DNA of 64,000 nucleotides from Cyanobacteria bacterium auto_48_18 (GTDB taxonomy: Bacteria; Cyanobacteriota; Vampirovibrionia; Obscuribacterales; Obscuribacteraceae). The position numbers and the translations under genes are program-made. The notes beneath the pieces are model-generated. The model ran no database searches. It saw only the letters and a list, made by a program, of their open reading frames with translations, and was not told the DNA's origin. Location of the stretch: positions 64,001 through 128,000 of the forward strand of contig JAVHQC010000015.1 in NCBI GenBank assembly GCA_036170915.1, read 5' to 3'. Positions 49,231-58,447 of the stretch are shown piece by piece. Each line of letters begins with the position of its first letter. Positions within the stretch are counted from its first letter, which is position 1.

Positions 49231-51020
49231 GGGCTCACCTCCGGCAATCTGGCGCTGAGCAATTTATTGGTGGCGGCATTTATTGCAGTGTTGGGTTTTT
49301 CAATGCTATTGGTGTTTGGTATCACCGCTGGTTTCATGGTGTCTTGAGACAACTTTGAAAGCACGCAGAAATTTACCAGGTCAGGCCTTTTTTCTGGTCG
49401 CACAATATATTCAATATTGGAGTCATTTAAAAGGTTGGAGGCACCCAGGTTGATTGATAAGTTAGAGACAGTGCTGAAGTTTAGTGCGGCACCTTCAATT
49501 TTCAACTCATTGTCATTGATTGATAATTGGCTGACTTGCAAACCTTTCGGAGTGTTGTCTCGCACAGCTTCCAAGTACCCGCTCCAGCGTTTGCCGCCGC
49601 CGACAAGCTTGTCCAGCACTTGTTTGCGGCGTTCGAGTACATCATTTTCTTGTTTCAGCTTCTTCAAATCTACCAGTTTGCGATTGCCGTCGCTGATTAA
49701 TGTCGAGGTAGCGATAATTTCGTTTTGCACTTGCGGTAAATTGAAATTGGCCAGGTAAACCCACGAGCCCAGAGCAAAAGCGAGCAGGCTGAGTGAGCCT
49801 ATTAATGCTGGTTTGAACCAAACCGGTGGTGGTATCACCTCTTCAATTATTGTTTGCGTGCGCAAAAGATCGCGAGTTAGTGGAATGCGACCTTCTTTAT
49901 TGAGGTCGAGATCTACTGTGATTGATGGATTCCACGTAGGTTCAATAGACGAGCCAATCAAAGCCGCTAAAATTGGTCGCATGCGGGGGCTGACTCGACT
50001 TTCGTCAATCACCATGTCACGCATGGGATCACCAAGAATCGTTTTGATGCGCAACTTACTGGTGAAGTATTCGTCGATATTGGGCATCATGCATCCAGGA
50101 CCGGTCAAAATCACTTGATCAATTTTGACGTCGCCCACTTGCGATTTGTAAAACTCCACCGAACGATTGAGCTCGTCGCCGATGTCACTAAATATGGTGC
50201 GAGCAACCTGACCGGCCTGACCCATGCGAGCGTCGCTGGGTGTCATATTGAACACAGGCACTTCCGGCAAAATTTCCATAGCCTGGTCAAAAGAAATATC
50301 TAGACTTCTGGCGATGGCTTCAGTCAGCGCTTCCACACCAAGAATAATAGAGCGACCAAAAAGTGGCATGGCACTGCGCACAATATTGATATCGGTGGCA
50401 TCTTGTCTGATATTGACCACCAGAGACAAGTGGCCTGATGATCCAAGATAACCGGCCAGGGCCAGCCCGCGAATCACTGAAAGCGATGACACTTCCACCC
50501 GGCCGAGTTTCACTCCGGCAGCATCAGCCATGCGCCAGTATGATTCCACAATTGAATGCTGAATGGCCGATAGAATTACATCAACTCGCCTTACCCCGTC
50601 CGGGTCGGTTCTTTCGGTGGCGTTCATCTGACACCAGTCCAAATTGGCCTCTGAAATGGGGAAAGGCACGTGGTTGGTGGCTTCTTGTGTCACCACATCA
50701 GCCAGCTCTTCGGCGGGCATGCCCACGGGCACCGGCATCAGTCTTATAACTACGGCCTGGGCGGGCACTGAGACATTAATAATGGGTGCTTGATTGTTGC
50801 TTGGTACCTGCGCTTCTTTAAGCAGGTCGTCGAGCAGCTGGCCCATAATCAAAGGGTCTGTGATCAGGCCTTCACGAATACAATTAGGTGGTGTAGGCTG
50901 GCAAGCAAAGCGCTGCACTTCAATGCCCGCCTTGGTTTTCTCGAGCTGAATCAAGGTTGTGCTGTCGCTGTTTATGTCGAGGCCAAGCATGGCCCCTTTT
51001 TTCTTGCCGAAACTAAACAA
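49227..51020 (-). CDS. pilM: PilM-PilN fusion protein
   Basis: Actin-like PilM (LGLDIN.., EATNHVPFP, ELNRSVEFY, ILTGPG) then DLDLN, TM, coiled coil and PilN-like TPKGLQV..IEG. Confidence 0.85.
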   Translation of the reverse strand: MFSFGKKKGAMLGLDINSDSTTLIQLEKTKAGIEVQRFACQPTPPNCIREGLITDPLIMGQLLDDLLKEAQVPSNNQAPIINVSVPAQAVVIRLMPVPVGMPAEELADVVTQEATNHVPFPISEANLDWCQMNATERTDPDGVRRVDVILSAIQHSIVESYWRMADAAGVKLGRVEVSSLSVIRGLALAGYLGSSGHLSLVVNIRQDATDINIVRSAMPLFGRSIILGVEALTEAIARSLDISFDQAMEILPEVPVFNMTPSDARMGQAGQVARTIFSDIGDELNRSVEFYKSQVGDVKIDQVILTGPGCMMPNIDEYFTSKLRIKTILGDPMRDMVIDESRVSPRMRPILAALIGSSIEPTWNPSITVDLDLNKEGRIPLTRDLLRTQTIIEEVIPPPVWFKPALIGSLSLLAFALGSWVYLANFNLPQVQNEIIATSTLISDGNRKLVDLKKLKQENDVLERRKQVLDKLVGGGKRWSGYLEAVRDNTPKGLQVSQLSINDNELKIEGAALNFSTVSNLSINLGASNLLNDSNIEYIVRPEKRPDLVNFCVLSKLSQDTMKPAVIPNTNSIEKPNTAINAATNKLLSARLPEVSP

Positions 51021-51077
51021 CTATTTCTCCTGCCGTACTTGTCGGACTTGTCGTACCTTCAGCACCTTCATTGAGTA

Positions 51078-52265
51078 TTATGCCCCAGGCTTAATGAAGC
51101 CTCCATCTTTTGTCAGACTGATTGTGGAAATGGCGTAAGCTGCTCCGATGGCCAGGGCCGGGCCAAAAGGAAAGGTTTTGGTCACCAGAACACCCGAATT
51201 TAATACTCCGAATGTCGCTCCAGCCAGGCCCAGGGCAAAAATCATGACATAGATAGACGGATTAAGCAGGGGATTGCTGTCCGGCTTGAAATAGAGCGCC
51301 AGAAATATCAGCGCTAGAAGTGGGACGGCTGTCATGATAGCAAAGCCAATGGCCATGGGTTTTACAACTCGGCCCAGCAATTGCTGTTGGCGCAGCTCGG
51401 CATAAAGATAATAGGCTCCCATGGCCGCTCCGACCATAAAACCGATAATGACAGCGACAATCAGGCGCTCCCAACCAAGCCAGGCGGCCATCACTGCTGC
51501 TAAGACGGCGTCTGCACCACCCATTACCTCCAGAGGCTCTTCTTCTTGTTCTTCTTCTTTTTCTTGTTGTCCTGCAGGCATCTCGATCAATCCGAAATTG
51601 CGGTCGAGTTCAATATCGATGCTGTCTTCTTCGAGAGTATCTGCGGCCTTTGCTGGTTTCTCTTCCAGTAGTTCCGGATGAAGCCAACAGTAAAAAATCA
51701 AACCATAGTGAGCGATAAAGTCAAACAAAATATAGCTGACGCCGATTCCAGCCAGGCAGCCCATTAAATCGTGGCGAATGAAAGTGCTGAAGAAAATTCC
51801 CACCAACATCATCGGATAGGTAATATCGTGTGGTATCAATTTCTCTTTAAAATCGGTCACCGTCACCGCTATTAAAGTAGAAACGAAAACCAGCATATAA
51901 AGAGCGATGGTGCTGCGATCAACGTCTACTTCCACAGGGGTGGTGCCAAAAAAATGCACTACAGCAACGAAAGCTATGGCCGTGACAATTTCCACTGCCG
52001 GATAATGCCAGTGAATGGAAGCACTGCAATAACGACACTTGCCACCCAGGAAAAAGTAGGAAAAAACTGGAATAAGATCGCCTATGCCCAGTCTGTGCTC
52101 GCATTTTGTACACTGTGAAGGCGGCTTCCAGATAGACTGCCCTGCTAACGATCTAATTGCCACCACATTGAGAAAACTACCAACGCACAGGCCAATTAAT
52201 CCGGTCAATAGCTCCAGATATGGTGACGGCAGATCATAAATACTTGGCAGATAAAAATACGGCAT
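51078..52265 (-). CDS. pilD: Prepilin peptidase / N-methyltransferase
   Basis: GSFLNVVAIR, PPSQCTKC..GKCRYC, TDFKEKLIP, MGGAD, PFGPAL. Confidence 0.92.
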   Translation of the reverse strand: MPYFYLPSIYDLPSPYLELLTGLIGLCVGSFLNVVAIRSLAGQSIWKPPSQCTKCEHRLGIGDLIPVFSYFFLGGKCRYCSASIHWHYPAVEIVTAIAFVAVVHFFGTTPVEVDVDRSTIALYMLVFVSTLIAVTVTDFKEKLIPHDITYPMMLVGIFFSTFIRHDLMGCLAGIGVSYILFDFIAHYGLIFYCWLHPELLEEKPAKAADTLEEDSIDIELDRNFGLIEMPAGQQEKEEEQEEEPLEVMGGADAVLAAVMAAWLGWERLIVAVIIGFMVGAAMGAYYLYAELRQQQLLGRVVKPMAIGFAIMTAVPLLALIFLALYFKPDSNPLLNPSIYVMIFALGLAGATFGVLNSGVLVTKTFPFGPALAIGAAYAISTISLTKDGGFIKPGA

Positions 52266-52277
52266 TTCAATTTTGGC

Positions 52278-53084
52278 TTAAGGAAGTTCTCGACGCTCAT
52301 TGATTAAGGCTGAGAGTACTAACAAAATGATGACATATGCCAGTATGTAAGTAGTGAGGTAAATAAGCAACTCGCCTTGACCACCACCGGTGGTGAGCGC
52401 GCGTCCGTACATAAGCTCTGAGCGCACTCGTGTCAGGCTCTGCAAATCTGGCATGAGCCAATAAAGAGCTGCAAAAAATTTGGACACGGCAGGATTAGTA
52501 GACATTTTCGCCAAGTCTTGCAAAGAGGCGCAGCTATGCCCCACCAGCCAGAAACAAAGAGTAAATAAGACACTCATGATTGGCGTAGAGAAAGTTGAGA
52601 AAAGTGACGCCGAAGCAATGATGAAAAGCAACTCGAGATAGACCAGAGCCAGTGAAAGGGCCAGCCAAGGCAGATGAGTAAGAGCGTTCGCCGGGCTGGT
52701 TGGATCGACAAAACCAACTAAAGCACCAAGAAATCCGCCCATCATCAAGATGATAATTAGTAGACAGGACGCCAGGCCAAGATATTTTCCGAGAATAAAT
52801 TGCCACGACTTGACCGGTTTAGAAAAAATCAAATAAATGGTGCGTCGCTCAAGCTCTTTGAAAACCAGGTTAGCACCGGAAAAAACAGCGATGATGCCAC
52901 CAATCAATGAAATCGCGGCTAAGCCAAGATCTTCTACGATGCGAATATCTTGACCAACAGATAAGGTGCCGAGCAAAATGCCAAATAGCGAAATCAAACA
53001 AGCGAACACAAAAAATGCGTAGATAATTTTATCGCGCAGCACTTCGCGAAATGTGTTCAAGGCGATGGCGGCAATGATCTGCAT
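52278..53084 (-). CDS. ABC permease (PilI-like)
   Basis: IALNTFREVLRDK, KELERRTIY..SKP..FILGKYLG. Confidence 0.8.
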   Translation of the reverse strand: MQIIAAIALNTFREVLRDKIIYAFFVFACLISLFGILLGTLSVGQDIRIVEDLGLAAISLIGGIIAVFSGANLVFKELERRTIYLIFSKPVKSWQFILGKYLGLASCLLIIILMMGGFLGALVGFVDPTSPANALTHLPWLALSLALVYLELLFIIASASLFSTFSTPIMSVLFTLCFWLVGHSCASLQDLAKMSTNPAVSKFFAALYWLMPDLQSLTRVRSELMYGRALTTGGGQGELLIYLTTYILAYVIILLVLSALINERRELP

Positions 53085-53089
53085 AGTGT

Positions 53090-53896
53090 CTAATTCTGCT
53101 CAGAGTGCGGCTTTGAGTCTTTGCTTGGGTGCATGGCGGCCTGTACGTGTTCAAGGAAAAAGTCTTCCAGCGCTTTAAAATTGCCACCTTCGGCGATATC
53201 AGACACAGGTGAATCTGCCACCATTTTTCCATTAACCAGTAACCCTACACGGTCGCAAAGTTCACCCACATCAGGCAGCAAGTGTGAGTTGAAAAAGATG
53301 GTTTTACCCTCGGCCTTGAGTTCATGCAGAATGCGCCGCACATCCATTCGCCCTAATGGGTCAAGGCCACTCATGGGCTCGTCGAGAAAGAGAATTTGCG
53401 GGTCGTTTATTAGTGCCTGGGCGATGCCGAGCCTCTGCAGCATGCCTTTAGAATATTTGCCCGTTGGTTTATCGCAGGCATCAACCAGTGAAACTTTTTC
53501 CACCAAATTTTTCACTCTGGTTTCAATCAAATCGTCGGGCAGAGAAAAAAGCTTGCCCACAAAAGTGAGAAATTCGCGACCGGTGAGATGTGAGTAAAAA
53601 TAGGGATTTTCGGGCAAAAAACCAATCCGTGCCAGATTTTCGCGCTGGCTGCTGGGTGCGCCCAGAACTTTTGCCTCACCTTCGTCAGGTCGCAGCAAAC
53701 CCAATAGCAATTTCACCGTAGTGGTTTTGCCGGCACCATTAGGGCCAATCAAACCATAAGTCTGGCCGGCATAAATCTGCAGGTTGAGCCCGTCAAGCAC
53801 ACGCGTGCGCTTTTTAAGAAAGCTCGAGAGCCTGTCTTTAGTTAAGTTAACGGCCTCGATGACAACCTGGGGAGTGTCTACAGAGAACTCTGTCAA
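53090..53896 (-). CDS. ABC ATPase (PilH-like)
   Basis: GPNGAGKTT, GFLPENPYFY, YSKGMLQR, LDEPMSGLDP. Confidence 0.88.
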   Translation of the reverse strand: MTEFSVDTPQVVIEAVNLTKDRLSSFLKKRTRVLDGLNLQIYAGQTYGLIGPNGAGKTTTVKLLLGLLRPDEGEAKVLGAPSSQRENLARIGFLPENPYFYSHLTGREFLTFVGKLFSLPDDLIETRVKNLVEKVSLVDACDKPTGKYSKGMLQRLGIAQALINDPQILFLDEPMSGLDPLGRMDVRRILHELKAEGKTIFFNSHLLPDVGELCDRVGLLVNGKMVADSPVSDIAEGGNFKALEDFFLEHVQAAMHPSKDSKPHSEQN

Positions 53897-53902
53897 AGAC
53901 CA

Positions 53903-54802
53903 TTACCCGCCTTTTGGACCGGCCTTTTTACTCAGCGTAATGATTTTGTTCAGCTCGGTGGTGGCTGCTCGTAGTCTTCGGGATACTTGCATCTGTGAAA
54001 TGCCAAGGCGACGTGCTACTTCTGTTTGGCTGAGATCTTCATAGAAGGTCAGTTGAACCACTTCTCTCAAGCCGTCACGCAATTGTTTAATTGCTTCGGC
54101 CAGCATGAAACGGTCTTCTTTGGCTAGCTGATTGCTTTGATATTTGGCATCAACCAGTGTGTCGATAAGAGACTGCTCGCTACCAGCATCATTGGAAAGA
54201 GCCTGGTCAAGCGATATTAGCGTGCGTCTGCGGTCAACTTCATAGGCTTCGTTGACGCGGCTAACAGGAATTTGCAAATCATTGGCAATTTCTACGTCTG
54301 AGGGCTCTCTGCCCAATTTGGCTGTCAGGCCTTGCACAAGACGGTTGATACGGAAGGAAAGCTCTTGCAATTCGCGAGGGGCACGAATCATGGCGGTTTT
54401 ATCGCGCAGATAGTGTCTGATTTCGCCAGTAATTAAGTGTGTGGCATAAGTTTGGAACTTAGCGCCGGCATCAGGCTTAAACTGATCTACCGCCTTTATC
54501 AGGCCAATTGAACCTACTTGAATTAGATCTTCGACAGGGTCAGTAGAGCGACGGGCCAGGCCGTAGGCAATGCGCTTTACCAGTGGCAAAGCGGCTTGAA
54601 TAATTGAGTCGCGCAGAGCAGGATCCCGAGCTTCAGCATAGAGTGCCAGCCAATTATGAATTTGGTCTGGGCCTTTAGGCGCCGAAACGTTTTTGGGCTC
54701 TAGGTCGTTGCTCACCACTATCGACGTCTCAACCATTGTACTGACTGTAATATTTGAGCTTGTATCCATATCTATAATCATAACCTTCAGGCAGATTACC
54801 AA
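53903..54802 (-). CDS. sigF: Group 3 sigma factor, SigF/SigB family (true start may be ATG 54769 or later)
   Basis: EDLIQVGSIGLIKAVDQF, GEIRHYLRDK, SQTEVARRLGISQMQVSR. Confidence 0.85.
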   Translation of the reverse strand: MVICLKVMIIDMDTSSNITVSTMVETSIVVSNDLEPKNVSAPKGPDQIHNWLALYAEARDPALRDSIIQAALPLVKRIAYGLARRSTDPVEDLIQVGSIGLIKAVDQFKPDAGAKFQTYATHLITGEIRHYLRDKTAMIRAPRELQELSFRINRLVQGLTAKLGREPSDVEIANDLQIPVSRVNEAYEVDRRRTLISLDQALSNDAGSEQSLIDTLVDAKYQSNQLAKEDRFMLAEAIKQLRDGLREVVQLTFYEDLSQTEVARRLGISQMQVSRRLRAATTELNKIITLSKKAGPKGG

Positions 54803-55141
54803 ACAACAAAGAGAAATGCTTCTAATTTAAACCACGGTGTTTATGGACGCAAAATCTCCAACGAATAAAGAGTGTAAATGCGCCAGAGCTCCGCCGGATA
54901 TCTATTAAGTAATTATAATGTCGGGCCAACCCCGGTAATTCCCCATCCAGACGCTGTTGGGCCAAGCTTTGATTCAATTTAGATTCAATCAAAGTCGGAA
55001 TTGTCAGGTGCGTTGGATTACTTCATTTTAGATCTAACAGCTGATAAATGCTTGGTTCGGTTTGAGGCTGCGTTTTGAGCAGAACGTATAAATACTTAGT
55101 TTTACGGCACGGAAATTGGTGGTTTGAAGCCGCATTCTGAT

Positions 55142-55159
55142 CAGAACGTATACGTTCTG
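55142..55159. promoter_or_regulatory. Perfect 18-bp palindrome upstream of sigF (operator or hairpin)
   Basis: CAGAACGTATACGTTCTG; a second copy of CAGAACGTATA at 55080. Confidence 0.5.
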
Positions 55160-55175
55160 GTCAAAGAAGAGAGGT

Positions 55176-56014
55176 TTAAGCTCTAATGAGTTCCTGTTCT
55201 TCAAGCAGATCAAGCGTGGCGCTAATCAAATCGAGAGCTCTGTTTAATTGAACTGTATTGGGTGGAATTGCCAGGTCGCACTCCAGCACTCGCTTATTGA
55301 TATTTCTCAAGCTGAAATTACCCGCAGACAATTTTAGTAAGCCTGATAAATGCAAAAGTACGTTTTCAATTCTAGTACTGCTGGTGAAAGCCTCAACCAA
55401 CGCTTTCTCGCTAGAGCAAGCCTTAAAAGCATCATTAAGGTAACAGCCGCTGAACTTTGAAAGATGAATATCTTCAGGTCTTTCATTTATGTTTTTAGTT
55501 ACGACTGGTGGACATATGATCTTAAGGAGCGGCCCAACTTTCTCGTTCTTTTCTTTCAGTGTTTTTCTATTTCTTTGCCGTCTGTACCGTCACATCTGAA
55601 CAGTTCCAGTGAACAGGTTTTTTTAGGATCGAGTTCGCAGTTCACGAGCAAATGACTGACTGTGGAATCATATTGGGAGCAAGAGATGGAAAACACAATT
55701 TGCCAGGCTCGATATTTTGCAGTTACTTTCACGGTAGTAAAAAGATAGTCTAACGAATGTGATCGCCGGTGTGTTTCTGCATCAAATTTGTCAGTGTCGT
55801 TAAATAATCTGAAAAAGTTGACCACGGGCGCCACTATTGGTGGCACCATGCCGTCACCCGCCTCCCAGTCCTGCCCGGACATAATTTCGTACTTCCCATT
55901 GATCTCGCCAGCGAAGTCTTTAAAAAGTTGCGAAGCCTCATCGAATGGCTTTTTTCCGGTCTCGATTGAATTTAGCGTTCGCCAAAAAAATTTGCCGGCA
56001 TTAATCATTGACAC
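55176..56014 (-). pseudogene. Hypothetical gene apparently split by a 1-nt frameshift
   Basis: ORF 55556..56014 stops right after an A5 run; the -1 frame is open from ~55590 to stop 55176. Confidence 0.55.
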
Positions 56015-56028
56015 AACAACACTCCAAA

Positions 56029-57273
56029 TCAGCGCAACTGATTAATCACAGTAAAGATGGGCAGGTACATGCCCACCACCACTGAGCCGACAATGCCGCC
56101 GATGCCCACAACCATGATTGGTTCAAGCAAAGAGGTAAGCGCCTCCACCGAATTCTCCACTTCCATATCGTAAAAGTCAGCTACTTTCGAAAGCATATCG
56201 TCTAAGCGGCCTGTTTCTTCGCCCACTGCCACCATCTGCGTCACCATGGGCGGAAACACCCTTGATTTGGCCATGGGTTTAGACAAATTGCCCCCTTGCC
56301 TCACTTCAGCGTAAATTTGTTGTACTGAGTCTGCCACCACGGCATTACCGGCGGTGTCTTTAACTACATCAAGTGCTGTGAGCATGGGCACTCCTGCTTG
56401 CAACAAAGTGCCAAATGTTCGGGCAAAGCGGGCAATAGCCACTCGACCAATCAGGTCGCCGAAAAAAGGCAAACTGAGGAAGAAAAAGTCGATTTGAAAA
56501 CGGCCGGTGGTGGTTTTGTAGTAACGCTTAAGCATGTATACGCCAACGGCTGAAGCCAGCAAGAACAGCATCATCCAGACCGAGCGCATATATTGTGAAA
56601 GCAAAATCAAAAACTGCGTGTAAGCGGGCAACTCGCCGCCGATATTTTTAAACAGTCCTTCGAAAATTGGCAGAATAAAAGTGAGCATGCCCCAGAAAAC
56701 ACCAACGGCAATGACTAGAACTACAGTTGGATAAACCATAGCCGAACGCACTTTTTGATTTAGTTTTGATTTGTACTCAAGAAAGTCTGCCAGGCGCTTG
56801 AGCACATCAGCCAGGATGCCGCCTGTTTCACCAGCCTTGACCATGGAGACATACAATTTATCAAAAATGTCTGAGTGCCTGGCCATGGCATCAGACAGAG
56901 AAAGACCAGATTCAATGGAATGGCGCACGTCATCTAAGGCCTTTTTCAATTTGCGATTTGGACATTGCTCTACAATGATAGTCAAAGTGCGCAGCATAGC
57001 CACTCCAGAGCTAATCATGGCAGCAAATTGCCGGGAGAACACCACCATGTCTTTCAGGGAGACATGGTCGAATAAACTAATGCTCAAGACTTCTTTTGAA
57101 TTGAGCGTTTTGAAAAAGTTGAGAATACTGGCGCCAGCTGTGCGTTCTCTTATCTCTACAACTTCAATGCCCCGCGCTCGCAGTCGCGCCCGTAGCACCG
57201 CCGGTGATTCCGCTTGACCCACGGCTTCTTTGACGGTGCCGTCGCTTTCTCTAACCTTGTACAGAAATTCCAT
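56029..57273 (-). CDS. pilC: Type IV pilus platform protein PilC
   Basis: FSRQFAAMISSGV, AGETGGIL, VGEETGRLD, GMYLPIF. Confidence 0.95.
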   Translation of the reverse strand: MEFLYKVRESDGTVKEAVGQAESPAVLRARLRARGIEVVEIRERTAGASILNFFKTLNSKEVLSISLFDHVSLKDMVVFSRQFAAMISSGVAMLRTLTIIVEQCPNRKLKKALDDVRHSIESGLSLSDAMARHSDIFDKLYVSMVKAGETGGILADVLKRLADFLEYKSKLNQKVRSAMVYPTVVLVIAVGVFWGMLTFILPIFEGLFKNIGGELPAYTQFLILLSQYMRSVWMMLFLLASAVGVYMLKRYYKTTTGRFQIDFFFLSLPFFGDLIGRVAIARFARTFGTLLQAGVPMLTALDVVKDTAGNAVVADSVQQIYAEVRQGGNLSKPMAKSRVFPPMVTQMVAVGEETGRLDDMLSKVADFYDMEVENSVEALTSLLEPIMVVGIGGIVGSVVVGMYLPIFTVINQLR

Positions 57274-57276
57274 TGT

Positions 57277-58431
57277 TTATAGTCTTCCGAAACTACTGCC
57301 GCCATAGCCTTTTTCCATGCGGGCCGGCTCAGGTTTGCTCATGGGGCGATTGCCTATTAATTGTTCCAGATCTTCTGGTCTGCTCGATTTACTTATTGCT
57401 TCGGCAAAGGTGACTTTGCCCTGTTTAACAAGCAAAGCCAGTGAAGCTTCTAAAGTTTGCATACCTAGAGCTGAGCCCATTTGCATGCTGGCGTACATTT
57501 GCGCTGTTTTGGCTTCGCGAATTAAGTTGGCCACCGCCGGTGTGTTCATCAATATTTCTAAAGCGATAATGCGCCCGGAGGTCACCGGTGAATCCCCCGC
57601 CGCATCGTCTGCTCTGGGCAAGAGGCTCTGGCTGATAACGGCCACCAGCGCGTGCGAAAGCATAATGCGAATTTGTTGCTGCTGCTCTGGCGGGAAGACA
57701 TCAATAATGCGATCTACCGATTGTGGTGCCGAACTTGTGTGGATGGTGCTGAAGACCAGGTGACCTGTTTCAGCGGCAGTCAAGGCCAGATGAATGGTGT
57801 CCAGATCGCGCATTTCACCCACCAGTATGATGTCGGGATCTTCTCGCAAACCAGATCGTAAAGCGTTGGCAAAACTTTTGGTATCAGAACCCACTTCGCG
57901 CTGAGAAACAATTGATTTTTTATTGCTGTGAATAAATTCAATCGGGTCTTCAATAGTAAGAATATGTTTTGACTCAGTTTCGTTAATCGAATTGATCATG
58001 GAAGCTAGAGTGGTTGATTTACCCGAGCCTGTAGGGCCGGTGACCAGAACCAAACCGCGCGGCTTTTGAATAATTTCTTTGCAAATAGGCAAAAGCCCCA
58101 GTTCGTCAATTGAAGGAATGCGCGATAGCACCACCCGCAGTGCGGCAGCAAATGAGCCGCGATCTTTATAGACATTGACGCGAAAACGCCCCAGCCCGTC
58201 AACACCAAAGCCGCAGTCAAGTTCTAAATTAGCTTCGGCATAACGCCTCTGATCTTCTGTCAGGCAAGAAAAGACCAGGCGCTTAACGTCTTCTGGCGTC
58301 AGTTCCGGTAAGCTTGTGCGAATCAGCTTGCCGGCCACGCGAATGATAGGCGGTTCTTTGGCTTTAAGGTGCAAATCAGAAGCAGTGCGGTCGACTACCA
58401 GTTGCAGAAGTTCCTGCATTTCAATCGACAT
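57277..58431 (-). CDS. pilT: Type IV pilus retraction ATPase PilT
   Basis: ASDLHL, GPTGSGKSTT, LREDPDIILVGEMRD, AETGHLV, NLIREAK. Confidence 0.96.
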   Translation of the reverse strand: MSIEMQELLQLVVDRTASDLHLKAKEPPIIRVAGKLIRTSLPELTPEDVKRLVFSCLTEDQRRYAEANLELDCGFGVDGLGRFRVNVYKDRGSFAAALRVVLSRIPSIDELGLLPICKEIIQKPRGLVLVTGPTGSGKSTTLASMINSINETESKHILTIEDPIEFIHSNKKSIVSQREVGSDTKSFANALRSGLREDPDIILVGEMRDLDTIHLALTAAETGHLVFSTIHTSSAPQSVDRIIDVFPPEQQQQIRIMLSHALVAVISQSLLPRADDAAGDSPVTSGRIIALEILMNTPAVANLIREAKTAQMYASMQMGSALGMQTLEASLALLVKQGKVTFAEAISKSSRPEDLEQLIGNRPMSKPEPARMEKGYGGSSFGRL

Positions 58432-58447
58432 TTGAGAGCTCCTTATA

